Of a stretch of DNA of 64,000 nt, positions 63,792-64,000 are shown in pieces; position 1 is the stretch's first letter, and each line of letters begins with the position of its first letter. The translations under genes and the position numbers were made by a program. Where the stretch lies: contig CM082586.2 in the NCBI GenBank assembly GCA_040954595.2, forward strand, positions 805,630 through 869,629, in the 5' to 3' direction. Below the pieces are notes generated by a model, which worked only from the letters and a program-made list of their open reading frames with translations, searched no databases and was not told the DNA's origin. Source of the stretch: Balanoglossus misakiensis. Taxonomy: Eukaryota; Animalia; Hemichordata.

Positions 63792-64000
63792 TTATTCATA
63801 TACGTTTCTGTTTTTTCTCTTTGTCTGTGGTTTCTGCTTATTGGAAGGGAAGGTTATTTTGAATAGCTCCCACAATATTAAACCGAACACTAATATACAG
63901 AGTGGAACCTGACAAATTGCCCAAATGGTATAGTCGATTGCAGTAATGAACCACTGAAATGCAGGATGACCGCTTATGGTATCCCAACACTTGGTCATTG
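63792..64000 (-). CDS. Probable terminal coding exon of an unidentified membrane protein entering from beyond the window
   Basis: Frame open to the window edge. Hydrophobic helix TIWAICQVPLCILVFGLILWELF is followed by a basic tail KQKPQTKRKNRNVYE and TAA. Family not recognised. Confidence 0.4.
   Translation of the reverse strand, partial: MTKCWDTISGHPAFQWFITAIDYTIWAICQVPLCILVFGLILWELFKITFPSNKQKPQTKRKNRNVYE

Overview
Eukaryotic (metazoan, intron-rich) genomic DNA; an invertebrate deuterostome-type animal is an inference only. The first half (1-31709) is one continuous satellite array of 87/88-bp monomers. It has four subfamily blocks (A forward, B inverted, C inverted, D forward), two orientation switches and nested higher-order repeats. 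The array ends about 50 bp before the splice acceptor of an internal exon of an adenylyl cyclase 8-like gene (8 exons, 31763-34636, +). It therefore appears to lie inside a >31.7-kb intron, unless this is an assembly join. Next come three paralogous BTB-domain genes with degenerate Kelch-like C-termini, each with all or nearly all of its CDS in one large exon. They are followed by a complete 11-exon acid sphingomyelinase (SMPD1-like, one GC-AG intron) and a probable last coding exon of a minus-strand membrane protein. The many long ORFs in the satellite are by-products of the 87 = 3x29 bp period. All coordinates, counts and translations were read by eye; no database searches were run.
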